A stretch of DNA of 64,000 nucleotides from positions 68,808-132,807 of the forward strand of contig JBLNCL010000006.1 of assembly GCA_050260635.1 (NCBI GenBank), in the 5' to 3' direction. The position numbers were made by a program, and so were the translations under genes. The notes under the pieces are model-generated. The model did no database searches. It worked only from the letters and a program-made list of their open reading frames with translations, and was not told where the DNA came from. This document shows, one piece after another, positions 18,377 through 27,820 of this stretch. Positions within the stretch are counted from its first letter, which is position 1. The number at the start of each line of letters is the position of its first letter. This stretch comes from Betaproteobacteria bacterium. GTDB lineage: Bacteria > Bacillota > UBA5301 > DYFA01.

Positions 18377-20200
18377 ATGCCCATGGATGCGGCGGTTTTC
18401 GCCGCCCTCGCCCGGGAACTCGACTGTGAGCTCAGGGAGGCCCGGCTGGAGAAGATCATCCCGCTCAACCCCCAGGAACTCCGCTTTCTCCTCCGCCTCC
18501 CCTCGGGAGGCGGCCGACCGGAGCGCGCACTGATCGTTTCGCTCGACGGTCCGCTGGCCCGCCTCCACCTGGAGGCCCCCGGCCGCAGCAGCGACGAGCC
18601 GTCCGCCGCCTCTCCGTTCGCGCTGCTCCTGCGGCGGCACCTGCCGGGGTGCCGCCTGAGTGGGGTCCACCATCCGGCCTGGGAGCGAATCCTCCACTTC
18701 ACCTTCATTGGCCCCGCCGACGAGTTCCCCCGCCGGCGCCTGACCTTGATTTACGAGCTCTTTGGCGCCAAGGGGAACATTCTGCTGCTCGACGCCCAGA
18801 GAATCCTCCTAGGCAGCCTGCGCCCCCTTTCTGAGGGGGACAACCGGTTGCAGATCGGCGCTCCGTACGCTGCCCCACCTCCCCCGACGGCTACCCCGGG
18901 GGCGCCTCTGGCCTATCTGCAGCAGGCGATTGCCCTTGCCCCTGCCGACGCCCCGCTCCGCTTCGCTTTGGTGCGCAACGTGGGCGGGTTGGGCCCCTGG
19001 GCGGCCGCGGCGCTCATCCGGGCGGCCGGCCTCGACCCGGACGAACCCTGCGGGGCGATGCCGCCGGACGGCGCGGCTCTCCTCTGCGAGCAGCTGTCCG
19101 CCTTCGCTGAGGACGTGGCCGCCGGGCGCTTCTCCCCCGCCCTCTGGCGGCAGGGCGGCGAGCTGCGCGAGTTTTGGGTCTATCCCGCCCCGGTCCCCCC
19201 CGGCTGGACCGTTGAGCCCCAGGCCAGCGCCAACGAGGCGGTGGCGAGGTTCTTCGCCGAGCAGGTCAGCGCAACCCGCCTCGCCCGGGGCCGGCAGACC
19301 CTCCTCCAGCGCCTCGACGCCCAGCTCGCCCGCCTGGAGCGGAAGCTTCGGGCCCAGCAGCAGGATCTCGCCCGAGCCGAGGCCGCCGACGACCTCCGCC
19401 GGTCGGGAGAACTTATCCTGGCCAATCTTCCCCAGCTAAGCCGGGGCATGACCGTCTTCACCGGCGTGTCTTACGCTGATTCCACCCCTCGTACCGTGTC
19501 CCTCGACCCCCGGCTCAGCCCGCCCGAAAATGCGCAGCGCTACTTTGCCCGCTACCGGAAGGCCAAGCGGGGCCAGGAGGAGGCAGCCACCCGGGTGAGG
19601 GCAACGGAGGAGTTGTTCAAGCGGACCCGTCAGGCCCGCTTCGAGGCGCAGGACGCCGAGAGCCTCGCCGAACTCAAGGCGCTCGCCGCGCAGCTCGTGG
19701 AGGAGGGGATCCTGGAGGAGGCCACCCTCCGCCCCCAGCCTGGCCGCAAAGTTGTTCCGCCGGCCACTCCCGGACCAAACAAGCCGAGCCCGCGCCGCTA
19801 CCGTTCGACCGACGGATACGAGATCCTGGCCGGCCGGAACAGCCGCGAGAACGACTGGTTGACCCTCCGCTCGGGCGCTCCCCACGACCTCTGGCTCCAC
19901 GTTAAGGACCTGGCCGGAGCCCACGTCATCCTCCGCCTGCCGGCGGAAGGGCCGATACCTGAGGGGGCGCTGCGAGAAGCGGCCCAGATCGCCGCCTATC
20001 ACAGTGAGGGGCGGCAGAGTAGCCGGGTTCCGGTGGACTACACTCCCCGTCGCCATGTGCGCAAGGCTCCCCGCGGCGGTCCGGGTCAGGTCTTCTACGA
20101 CCATCACCGGACCCTTTATGTTACCCCCGACCCCGCCCTGGTCGCCCGTCTGCGGGTGAACGACGCTCCCGGCGAGCAGCCGGTGGAGGGTCCGCGGTGA
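18377..20200 (+). CDS. rqcH: RqcH/YloA (NFACT-domain, Rqc2 homolog; 'fibronectin-binding protein A' family) ribosome quality-control factor
   Basis: NFACT-N, coiled coil, and an NFACT-R/DUF814 region (GYEILAGRNSRENDWLTLRSGAPHDLWLHVKDLAGAHVILR). Same position as B. subtilis yloA beside yloB. I placed the start at the MPMDAAV Met, after the SD. Confidence 0.85.
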   Translation: MPMDAAVFAALARELDCELREARLEKIIPLNPQELRFLLRLPSGGGRPERALIVSLDGPLARLHLEAPGRSSDEPSAASPFALLLRRHLPGCRLSGVHHPAWERILHFTFIGPADEFPRRRLTLIYELFGAKGNILLLDAQRILLGSLRPLSEGDNRLQIGAPYAAPPPPTATPGAPLAYLQQAIALAPADAPLRFALVRNVGGLGPWAAAALIRAAGLDPDEPCGAMPPDGAALLCEQLSAFAEDVAAGRFSPALWRQGGELREFWVYPAPVPPGWTVEPQASANEAVARFFAEQVSATRLARGRQTLLQRLDAQLARLERKLRAQQQDLARAEAADDLRRSGELILANLPQLSRGMTVFTGVSYADSTPRTVSLDPRLSPPENAQRYFARYRKAKRGQEEAATRVRATEELFKRTRQARFEAQDAESLAELKALAAQLVEEGILEEATLRPQPGRKVVPPATPGPNKPSPRRYRSTDGYEILAGRNSRENDWLTLRSGAPHDLWLHVKDLAGAHVILRLPAEGPIPEGALREAAQIAAYHSEGRQSSRVPVDYTPRRHVRKAPRGGPGQVFYDHHRTLYVTPDPALVARLRVNDAPGEQPVEGPR

Positions 20201-22545
20201 AGCGGCGCATCAACCCTCTGTACGTGGTCCTGGCCACCCTGATCCTGGCGGTGGAAGGCGGTATCTTTCTCTACCTGAAGGCCACCAACTTGACTGAGCG
20301 ACTGACCGGCCCGGGGTTGGCCGGCCAGGTGGCCGCCGTCAGACGGACGGCCGCCTTCAGCCTGCCCGGGCTGGGCGACGTTCGGGTGGAGGCGCAGCCA
20401 GGCGGCTATGCCACCAGGTCGAGAAGAGACGGCCGCTTCGCCCTGAAGCTGCCCCCTGGCGTCTATGAGGTGACCTTCTCCGCCGCCGGCTATCTCCCAC
20501 ACCGCGAGCGGGTGCAGGTCCTCTCCGCCGGGCCGACCTACCTCTGGCCGGCTCTCTTCCCCCGGCCAACTGGTCCGCCGGTGCCGTCCCTCATGCGCAG
20601 CCTGCGCTCGCCGGGCGACGGGCCGGTGGCCTACAACACAGGGATCATTCTCGACGCCTCCGGGTCCCAGAACGTCATCCCGGACGGTCTCCGCTGGGAG
20701 ATAACGGACGAGGCGGGCCACATCCTCACCGATCCCTACACCCAACCGAGCCGCCCCCTCCAGCTCAAACCCTCGCCGATCCCAGGCAGCTCTCCGCTGC
20801 TCGTCACCTTTGTCCCACCAGCCCCGGGGCGCTACAATGTCCGGCTCTACCTGAAGAATGCCTTTTCCAAGGCCCGCGAGGTGTTCGCCGATTTTTCCGT
20901 CGAGGCGGAGAACCGCAGCCCAGAGGCGGTTCCATTGGTGATCGCCGGCCCCAACCCGCCTGGCTATCGCCCCGATGGGAGGTTCAAGGTAGGCTCTGGC
21001 CTCCGCACGGTTCTCGCCGGGGAGACCGTCTACCTTGCCGCCTGGGCCTTCGACAAGAACTACCCCTCGCCGGAGTTGTACCATCCCGCTGGGCGGCAGC
21101 CGGACGCCTACGGGAAGAACTTTCTTCCCCCCTTGAGCCGATACACCTGGAGATGGCGCCTGTACAGGATGGACGGGTCTCGGCGGAGCGACGTGACGGG
21201 GCTTCTCCGGGCAGACGAGCCGGGGCCAGCGGACCGCTCGCCTTACCCCTGGTTCGTGGCCGAACGGCCGGGGCGGTACCTCGCCTCTCTCTGGGCGGAG
21301 GACCACGACCCCCACGGCTCCCGCCTCGGCAGTCCGACCACCCTGGAGATCACCGTCCTGCCGCGGGAGGGAGCGCTGGTCTCCGAGCAGACGTGCTCCC
21401 AGGATGGCTGCCACCCTGCGCAGCGAACGGCAGCCGCCCTCAGACCACACATGACCTGCCAGTCCTGTCATGGTCCAGGCCAGCCCCACCTGGTCGCCCG
21501 GGACCGGGAGAGCAGGACCGCCACGATGCAGGTGTCCTACGAGGCGGCCCAGTGCGGCCGCTGCCACCGGCAGTACGCCGAGTGGGAGAAGTCCCGTCAC
21601 GCCGACGGTTACGCCTTCGGCTACCAGGAGATCGCCAAGCCGCTCCTCTTGAACTGCGCCAAGTGCCACTATCCCCAGGGTTTCGCCGACGCGGCGGCCA
21701 TCGCCCGGAAGAAACGGGTTGACTTCGGCCAAATCGAGTTCAAGAAGGCGGCCTTCCCAGGGGGGCCGCTGGTGTACGACTTCGATAAACTGCCGGAGCG
21801 AGTCGGTCAGGGAGTCAGCTGCCAGGCCTGCCACGACCCTCATCAAATCGGCCCCCAGAACAAGTTGGGCCTGCGCCTCCCCAAGTCCCAGCTCTGCGGC
21901 TCCTGCCACGAGACCAAGTGGCAAAACGTCCTCCTCGAACAGACCGCCGGCCGGGTCGGCTCCGCCTACGAGTATCCCGGCCGCCAATACGCCAGCCAGA
22001 ACCCCCACAACACTGAAGAAAAGTGCCTGCTCTGCCACATGAGCAAGGACGCGCCAGAGCAGGATGAACACGGCGTGCGCAGGCTCGGCGGCCACACCCT
22101 TCGGATGCGCGACGCCGGCCCGGATGGTAAGCTTGGCGGCTTCGGTCCCGCCCCGGACGATCCCAACCGGCAGCGCGAGGCCTACGGGGCAGACGACCTC
22201 CTGAACCTCGCCCCCTGCCGGCGCTGCCACCTCGAGGCGACCACTTTCGACCTCGGAGGACGCCAAAGGGAGATCTACCAACTCTGGCTCGAACTGGGGC
22301 GCCGGCTGAAGGAGTTGAACCACGGCGTCCTCCCCGGTTACCGGCCGGGAGACAAGTGCGCCACCTGCCACCGCGGGGGAACCCTGCCCTTTGACCACGA
22401 TCCCAAGCTGGTCCTGGAGAACGCCTACACCAACTACAAGCTGGTCAAGAACGACCGGAGCTGGGGCATCCACAACTACCGCTATACCAAGCAGCTCCTC
22501 GAAGACTCCCTGCGGTCGCTGGAGGAGTTGACCCCGACCCGGTGA
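20197..22545 (+). CDS. Membrane-anchored multiheme c-type cytochrome. It has 8 CxxCH motifs, an N-terminal TM helix, a carboxypeptidase-regulatory-like domain and Ig-like domains.
   Basis: 782 aa. N-terminal TM VVLATLILAVEGGIFLYL. CarbopepD_reg-like segment (DGRFALKLPPGVYEVTFSAAGYLPHRERVQV). The C-terminal ~350 aa carry CQSCH, CGRCH, CAKCH, CQACH, CGSCH, CLLCH, CRRCH and CATCH, plus a possible variant CSQDGCH. The GTG start overlaps the rqcH TGA (GTGA). Confidence 0.8.
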   Translation: MKRRINPLYVVLATLILAVEGGIFLYLKATNLTERLTGPGLAGQVAAVRRTAAFSLPGLGDVRVEAQPGGYATRSRRDGRFALKLPPGVYEVTFSAAGYLPHRERVQVLSAGPTYLWPALFPRPTGPPVPSLMRSLRSPGDGPVAYNTGIILDASGSQNVIPDGLRWEITDEAGHILTDPYTQPSRPLQLKPSPIPGSSPLLVTFVPPAPGRYNVRLYLKNAFSKAREVFADFSVEAENRSPEAVPLVIAGPNPPGYRPDGRFKVGSGLRTVLAGETVYLAAWAFDKNYPSPELYHPAGRQPDAYGKNFLPPLSRYTWRWRLYRMDGSRRSDVTGLLRADEPGPADRSPYPWFVAERPGRYLASLWAEDHDPHGSRLGSPTTLEITVLPREGALVSEQTCSQDGCHPAQRTAAALRPHMTCQSCHGPGQPHLVARDRESRTATMQVSYEAAQCGRCHRQYAEWEKSRHADGYAFGYQEIAKPLLLNCAKCHYPQGFADAAAIARKKRVDFGQIEFKKAAFPGGPLVYDFDKLPERVGQGVSCQACHDPHQIGPQNKLGLRLPKSQLCGSCHETKWQNVLLEQTAGRVGSAYEYPGRQYASQNPHNTEEKCLLCHMSKDAPEQDEHGVRRLGGHTLRMRDAGPDGKLGGFGPAPDDPNRQREAYGADDLLNLAPCRRCHLEATTFDLGGRQREIYQLWLELGRRLKELNHGVLPGYRPGDKCATCHRGGTLPFDHDPKLVLENAYTNYKLVKNDRSWGIHNYRYTKQLLEDSLRSLEELTPTR

Positions 22546-22823
22546 ATGGAGACGAGAGCTTTGCCAAGACGGAGGCGGCGGCAGTGAGACAGTGGATGTC
22601 CTGGCTTTTCTTCTTTCTTCTACTGTGGTCGGGAGCGTCGGGCGAGGCACTCGCCCAAGCCGGCTGGCGGTTCAAGGATTACCGCATGGACGCAGAACGC
22701 GAGCTTCGCCTCCAAGGCAAAGCAGTCGGCCTGGGCTTCGACGTCTGCGTCCGGCTGGTCAGGACCAGCGCTGGGGACGAATCGGTCGAGTACAGTCTCG
22801 GGACGAGCTTACTGATGTTCTGA
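22542..22823 (+). CDS. Small hypothetical protein with a signal-peptide-like hydrophobic segment. A possible partner of the cytochrome.
   Basis: The GTG start overlaps the cytochrome TGA (GTGA again). Alternative start at Met 22596 (MSWLFFFLLLWSGASGEALAQAG...). GC3 about 75%. The 3' end overlaps the pepT stop convergently by 15 nt. Confidence 0.35.
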   Translation: MNGDESFAKTEAAAVRQWMSWLFFFLLLWSGASGEALAQAGWRFKDYRMDAERELRLQGKAVGLGFDVCVRLVRTSAGDESVEYSLGTSLLMF

Positions 22824-24101
22824 GCAAGAGCACCGCTGCGTGGGCGGACCAGGCTCCTCCGCCCACAGCAGCACAAGCTGGCAGGCGATCTCGGCTGCCT
22901 TCTCCATCCACTGGACAGAGGCCCACTCCCGGCGGGAGTGGACGTTCTCCGAGCCGTTGGAGAGGTTGGGCGTGGGGAGCCCCTTGAACGAGAGGCGGGC
23001 CCCGTCGGTCCCGCCGCGGATCGACCGGCGGACCGGCTCCACCCCGGCCCGGCGGATCGCCTCCTCGGCCAGTTTGACGACTTTGCGGTTCCGGTCGAGG
23101 ACTTCCCTCATGTTATCGTAGCTGTTGGTCTGCTTCACCTCGACGGCGGCGCCCGGGTAGCGCAGGGCGAGCAGGGCGCCCAACTCCCGCAGGGTCCGGT
23201 CCTTCCGCTCGATCCCTTCCCGGGTGAAGTCTCGGGCCAGAACCTTGATCGCCACCCGCTCGACGTTACCGCTGATCTCATCGGGATGGTAGAAGCCCTC
23301 CCGCCCATCGGTCGTCTCCGGACGGGCGGTGGCCGGGAAGGCGCTGACGAATTCCGCCGCCAGGTGGATGGCGTTGATCATCTTGCCCCGGGCGGAGCCG
23401 GTGTGGGCGCTGACGCCGGTGATGGTCACGGTGTAGTTGCGGGCGTAGAAGTTTTCCGCCTCCAGTTCCCCGATCCCGCTCCCGTCCAGGGTGTAGGCGA
23501 CATCGGCGCCGAACCTGGCCACGTCGAAGAGGTCGATCCCTCCGCCGACCTCCTCGTCCGGGGTGAAGGCCACCTTGACCGGGCCGTGCTTCAGTTCAGG
23601 CTCACGGAGAAGGCGGCAGAGGGTCTCCATGATGGCGGCGATGCCGGACTTATCGTCGGCCCCCAGGAGGGTGGTCCCATCGGAGGTGACAAGGTCGTGG
23701 CCGATGGCCTGGAGGAGTGCGGGGAATTCCGCCGGCGTGAGCGTTTCCCCGCTGGGCAGCCGGATCTCGCCCCCCTGGTAGTTCCGGTGGACGAGCGGTT
23801 TGACGTTGGCGCCCGGGACTCCCGGGAAGGTGTCGAGGTGGGCCAACAGGCCGATGGTCGGGGCTGGCCGGCCAAGGTTCCCGGGCAGAGTCGCCGTGAC
23901 GAACCCGTGGTCGTCGAGAGCGGCGTCCCTCAGGCCGAGGACCAGCAGTTCGTCCCGGAGCATCCGGGCCAAGTCCAGCTGTCCAGGAGTGCTGGGGACC
24001 TTCCCCGCCTCCTCCGCCGACGCCGTATCCACCTGGACATAGCGCAGGAACTTGGCCAACAGGCCTTCGTTGAGCAAGCTTTGACGATCCATCAACGACA
24101 C
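22809..24101 (-). CDS. pepT: Peptidase T (tripeptide aminopeptidase, M20B)
   Basis: 430 aa. N-terminus collinear with PepT (…YVQVDTASAEEAGKVPSTPGQLDLARML…GFVTATLPGN…PTIGLLAHLDT…TTLLGADDKSGIAAIME…). Confidence 0.88.
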   Translation of the reverse strand: MSLMDRQSLLNEGLLAKFLRYVQVDTASAEEAGKVPSTPGQLDLARMLRDELLVLGLRDAALDDHGFVTATLPGNLGRPAPTIGLLAHLDTFPGVPGANVKPLVHRNYQGGEIRLPSGETLTPAEFPALLQAIGHDLVTSDGTTLLGADDKSGIAAIMETLCRLLREPELKHGPVKVAFTPDEEVGGGIDLFDVARFGADVAYTLDGSGIGELEAENFYARNYTVTITGVSAHTGSARGKMINAIHLAAEFVSAFPATARPETTDGREGFYHPDEISGNVERVAIKVLARDFTREGIERKDRTLRELGALLALRYPGAAVEVKQTNSYDNMREVLDRNRKVVKLAEEAIRRAGVEPVRRSIRGGTDGARLSFKGLPTPNLSNGSENVHSRREWASVQWMEKAAEIACQLVLLWAEEPGPPTQRCSCSEHQ

Positions 24102-24291
24102 CTCCTGGATTGGGAACGGACCATCCGCCCACGAAAGCGGCCTGACGGGAAACGTACGCCCGCCAGGCCCTTCGCCACCGCAAGAAACGGAGGGGGGATG
24201 CCCGGGAGAGCAGATGATGCCCCGGGGGCTCCAGCCGCCCGCCTCCTGCGTTTCGGCTGCCTTACCAGTTTCTATTCCTCCATTACTATTC

Positions 24292-24316
24292 CTGCCACCC
24301 TGGCAGCTTTTTCAAT
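24292..24316 (-). terminator. Weak hairpin just downstream of the purD stop (end of the pur array)
   Basis: CTGCCA-CCC-TGGCAG, a 6-bp stem. On the minus strand, A/U-rich GAAUAGUAAU follows. A T5 run sits on the plus side. Non-canonical. Confidence 0.25.
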
Positions 24317-25596
24317 CACGCCGTCTTTTCCGCGATATCGGTTCGCCATGCTCCACCGGGGAACCGGACCGCCGCCACGCCGGCGTATGCCCGCTCCCGG
24401 GCTGCGGCCAGGCTGGCGCCGACACCGGTGACGTTCAGCACCCGGCCGCCGTGCGAGACCACCCGCCCCGCCTCGTCCCGTCTCGTCCCGGCGTGGAAAA
24501 GCAGAACCCCCGGCAGAGCCGCTGCGGAGGCGAGCCCCTCGAGCGGCAGGTTCCGCTCGTACCGGCCCGGGTACCCCCGGGCAGCCATCACCACGGTCAC
24601 GGCAGCGCCGGCGCAGCGCGGCGGGGCCAGGCCAACCAGGCCGCCCGGCTCGGCTGCTCCCCGCAGGTACGGCAGGAGGTCGTCCAGGAGCAAGGGAAGG
24701 ATCACCTGCGTCTCAGGGTCGCCAAAGCGGGCGTTGAACTCGACCACCTTGGGCCCAGAGGCGGTCAGCATCAAACCGGCGTAGAGCACCCCCTGAAAGG
24801 GGCAGCCGGCGCGGGCCAGCGCCCGGATGGCGGGGAGCAGGATCTCCGCCCGGACTCGCTCGGCCACCTCCTCCGTCACTACCGGGGTCGGGGCGAAGGC
24901 CCCCATCCCACCGGTGTTCGGCCCCTGGTCACCGTCGTAAGCCCGCTTGTGGTCCTGCGCTGCCGGCAATACCAGGCAGTTCTCGCCGTCCGTCAGCGCT
25001 AGGACTGAGGCCTCGCGGCCCGCCAAAAACTCCTCCACCACGACCTTCCGCCCGGCCGCCCCAAAGACTCCTTGTTCCAGGGCGGCGCTGACGGCCTCCT
25101 CCGCCTCCGCACAGCTCTCCGCCACCACGACGCCCTTCCCGGCTGCCAGCCCGTCTGCCTTCACCACGATGGGCGGGCGGAGCGAGCGGACATAAGCCCG
25201 GGCGGCACTCGCGTCCGTGAAAACCCGGTAGGGGGCGGTCGGAATCCCCGCCTCCGCCATCAGGTCCTTGGCATACGACTTGCTCCCCTCGATGCGGGCC
25301 GCCTGGGCGCCCGGCCCGACCGCCGCCACCCCGTCTTCTCGCAAGGCGTCAGCCAAGCCGGCCACGAGATAGGCTTCCGGCCCAATCACCACAAGCTCGA
25401 CTCCCTCCCGCCGGACCAGCTCCCGGACGGCCGCCGCCGCCAGCCCCGGCTCGTCGGGGAGCGGACAGTTCCGCCCCACCTCGGCTGTCCCAGCGTTTCC
25501 GGGGGCCACCAGCACTTCAGAAACCAAAGGACTCGCCTTGAGTTTCCAGGCAAGGGCATGTTCCCGGCCCCCGCTTCCCACCACCAGAACCTTCAT
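24316..25596 (-). CDS. purD: Phosphoribosylamine-glycine ligase
   Basis: Conserved start [19 protein letters not shown], with a GGGGAGAAGG SD. The listed ORF (to 25734) has a 46-aa extension that runs into purH. Confidence 0.9.
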   Translation of the reverse strand: MKVLVVGSGGREHALAWKLKASPLVSEVLVAPGNAGTAEVGRNCPLPDEPGLAAAAVRELVRREGVELVVIGPEAYLVAGLADALREDGVAAVGPGAQAARIEGSKSYAKDLMAEAGIPTAPYRVFTDASAARAYVRSLRPPIVVKADGLAAGKGVVVAESCAEAEEAVSAALEQGVFGAAGRKVVVEEFLAGREASVLALTDGENCLVLPAAQDHKRAYDGDQGPNTGGMGAFAPTPVVTEEVAERVRAEILLPAIRALARAGCPFQGVLYAGLMLTASGPKVVEFNARFGDPETQVILPLLLDDLLPYLRGAAEPGGLVGLAPPRCAGAAVTVVMAARGYPGRYERNLPLEGLASAAALPGVLLFHAGTRRDEAGRVVSHGGRVLNVTGVGASLAAARERAYAGVAAVRFPGGAWRTDIAEKTA

Positions 25597-25621
25597 TGCC
25601 TTCTCCCCGCCCTCATGGCCA

Positions 25622-27172
25622 TCAGTGTCTGAAGTGGCGCAGGCCGGTGAAAACCATGGCGATCCCCGCCGCCTCCGCTGCGGCGATCGAGTCGGCGTCC
25701 CGGAGCGAGCCCCCGGGTTGGATGATGGCCGCAATCCCGGCCGCCGCCGCCGCTTCCACCACGTCGGGCATGGGAAAGAAGGCGTCAGAGGCCAAGACCG
25801 CCCCCCGGGACGCCTCCCCGGCCCGCTGTAAGGCGTAGCGGGTCGGATCGATCCGGTTCACCTGGCCCCCGCCGATCCCCACAGTCCGCCTGCCCCGGGC
25901 GACCACGATGGCGTTCGACTTGACGTGTTTCACCACCTTCCAGGCAAACCGCAGCTCCTCCCATTGCGCCGGCGAAGGCGCACGGCTCGTCACCACCTTG
26001 AGCTCCTCCTCGGGTGGCAGGAGGGCCGTGTCGGCGTCCTGCACCAGGAGCCCCCCGGCTACGCGGCGCAGGTCGAGCCGCTCGGCCTCGCCGCCTACCG
26101 GCACCCGGAGCAACCGCAGGTTTTTCTTGGTTTGCAGGATCTCCAGCGCCCCCGGGGAAAAGTCCGGGGCCAGGACCACCTCGAGAAAGATCCCGGCTAA
26201 CTCGCGGGCAGTCTCCTCGTCCACCTCGCGGTTTAGGCCGACGATCCCCCCGAAAATGGAGACCGGGTCGGCAGCGGCCGCCTGCCGGAAGGCCTCCGCC
26301 AGAGTCTCCGCCTCCGCTACCCCGCAGGGATTGGTGTGCTTCACCGCCACCGCTGCCGGACCCTCGAACTCAGCCACCGCTGCTAGGGCTGCGTCGGCGT
26401 CGTTTAGATTGTTGAAGGACAGCTCCTTACCCCATAGCTGCTCGGCGTGGACCAGGCTTCGCCCGACCGGCCGCTCCTCCCGGTAGAAGGCAGCTCGCTG
26501 ATGGGGGTTTTCGCCATAGCGTAGCGCCTGCTGTCGCGTGAAGTGGAAGAACAGGTGTTCCGGGAACGGCTCCTCCCCGACCAGATAGCGATAGATCTGG
26601 GCGTCATAGCGGGAGGTTGCGGCGAAGGCTTCCGCTGCCAGCCGCTGCCGCAACGCTGGCGTCGTCCCCCCAAGCTCCCGGACCTGAGCCAGGACCTCGC
26701 CGTATTGCTCTGGCCCGGTGACCACCGCCACGCTGTCGTGGTTCTTCGCCGCTGCCCGGACCAGGCTCGGGCCGCCAATATCGATTTGCTCGATCGCTTC
26801 CGCCCGGGTGACGCCCGGCCGGGCGATTGTCGCCGCAAAGGGATACAGGTTCACCGCCACCAGGTCGATGGGTGCGATCCCCGCCTGCTCGAGCTGGGCC
26901 AGGTGGGAAGGAAGGTTCCGGTCGGCCAGGATTCCCGCGTGGATTCTCGGATGGAGCGTCTTGACCCGCCCGTCCAGCATCTCCGGAAACCCCGTCACCT
27001 GCTCGACCGGCGTCACCGGCAGGCCGGCCCGGCGCAGGGCGGCGTAGGTCCCCCCCGTCGAGATCAGCTCTGCCCCGCACTCAGCCAGCCCCCGGGCGAG
27101 CTCTTCAACGCCCTCCTTGTTGTAGACGCTCAACAGCGCCCGGCGCACCGGCCTGACTCCCTGCTCGCTCAT
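25622..27172 (-). CDS. purH: Bifunctional AICAR formyltransferase/IMP cyclohydrolase
   Basis: MGS-like N-domain ([12 protein letters not shown]) and AICARFT domain. Start ATG at 27172, preceded by a GGAGGAGGAG SD. The listed M1 lies inside that SD. Confidence 0.9.
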   Translation of the reverse strand: MSEQGVRPVRRALLSVYNKEGVEELARGLAECGAELISTGGTYAALRRAGLPVTPVEQVTGFPEMLDGRVKTLHPRIHAGILADRNLPSHLAQLEQAGIAPIDLVAVNLYPFAATIARPGVTRAEAIEQIDIGGPSLVRAAAKNHDSVAVVTGPEQYGEVLAQVRELGGTTPALRQRLAAEAFAATSRYDAQIYRYLVGEEPFPEHLFFHFTRQQALRYGENPHQRAAFYREERPVGRSLVHAEQLWGKELSFNNLNDADAALAAVAEFEGPAAVAVKHTNPCGVAEAETLAEAFRQAAAADPVSIFGGIVGLNREVDEETARELAGIFLEVVLAPDFSPGALEILQTKKNLRLLRVPVGGEAERLDLRRVAGGLLVQDADTALLPPEEELKVVTSRAPSPAQWEELRFAWKVVKHVKSNAIVVARGRRTVGIGGGQVNRIDPTRYALQRAGEASRGAVLASDAFFPMPDVVEAAAAAGIAAIIQPGGSLRDADSIAAAEAAGIAMVFTGLRHFRH

Positions 27173-27199
27173 CCTGCGCTCCTCCTCCCCCACCCTCGT

Positions 27200-27820
27200 C
27201 TACTCCAGAATGCGAACTTTCCGCCCCTCCACCTCGATGCGGCCCTCCGCCATCAAGCGGATCGCCTCCGGGTAGAGCCGGTGCTCCTCGACCAGGATCC
27301 GGGCGGAAAGCGACTCCTCTGTGTCATCCGGCAGCACCGGCACAGCCGCCTGGAGGATGATCGGCCCGTGGTCGACCTCCTCGTCCACCAGATGGACCGT
27401 GCAGCCGCTTACCCTCACCCCGTACGCCAAAGCCTGCCGCTGGGCGTGAAGCCCCGGGAAACTCGGCAGAAGCGATGGGTGGATGTTGAGCACCCGCCCG
27501 GGAAAGGCGGAGAGGAAGTCATGGCCCAGGAGCCGCATGAAGCCGGCCAGCGCCACCAAGTCCACCTCGGCCCTCTTGAGTCGGGCCACCAGCGCCCGCT
27601 CGAACTCCGCCGCGGAGGCAAAGTCCGCCCGCCGGACTACGGCCGCGACCACCCCTCGCTGCGCCGCCTTGGCCAAGGCCGGCGCCTTCGGGTTGTCGGA
27701 AACCACCAAGACCGGTTCAGCGCCGAGTCGGCTGAGCCGGTGAGCGTCGAGGATAGCCTCCATATTGCTGCCTCGCCCGGAGACGAGAATGCCCAGTCTC
27801 GGCGGCTTCCTCTGACTCAC
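27200..27820 (-). CDS. purN: Phosphoribosylglycinamide formyltransferase
   Basis: RLGILVSGRGSNMEAIL…. GTG start at 27820 overlaps the purM TGA (GTGA), with a GGAG SD 5 nt upstream. Confidence 0.88.
   Translation of the reverse strand: MSQRKPPRLGILVSGRGSNMEAILDAHRLSRLGAEPVLVVSDNPKAPALAKAAQRGVVAAVVRRADFASAAEFERALVARLKRAEVDLVALAGFMRLLGHDFLSAFPGRVLNIHPSLLPSFPGLHAQRQALAYGVRVSGCTVHLVDEEVDHGPIILQAAVPVLPDDTEESLSARILVEEHRLYPEAIRLMAEGRIEVEGRKVRILE

Noticed and set aside
20116-22650. 844-aa minus-strand ORF opposite the multihaem cytochrome. Similar giant antisense ORFs: 22938..24431 (opposite pepT), 26543..28165, 29151..30356, 30244..31284, 31582..32721, 34351..35712, 45191..46522, 14576..15310, 6325..7176, 6563..7327.
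   Set aside because: GC-rich genomes have few stop codons on the antisense strand. These translations are low-complexity (Arg/Pro/Gly-rich) with no motifs, while the sense frames have clear family signatures (CxxCH, P-loops, etc.).
22840-22866. 9-bp GC hairpin after the small ORF, considered as a terminator
   Set aside because: No U-tract follows it, and it lies inside the pepT coding sequence on the other strand. It is mentioned only as a structural note.
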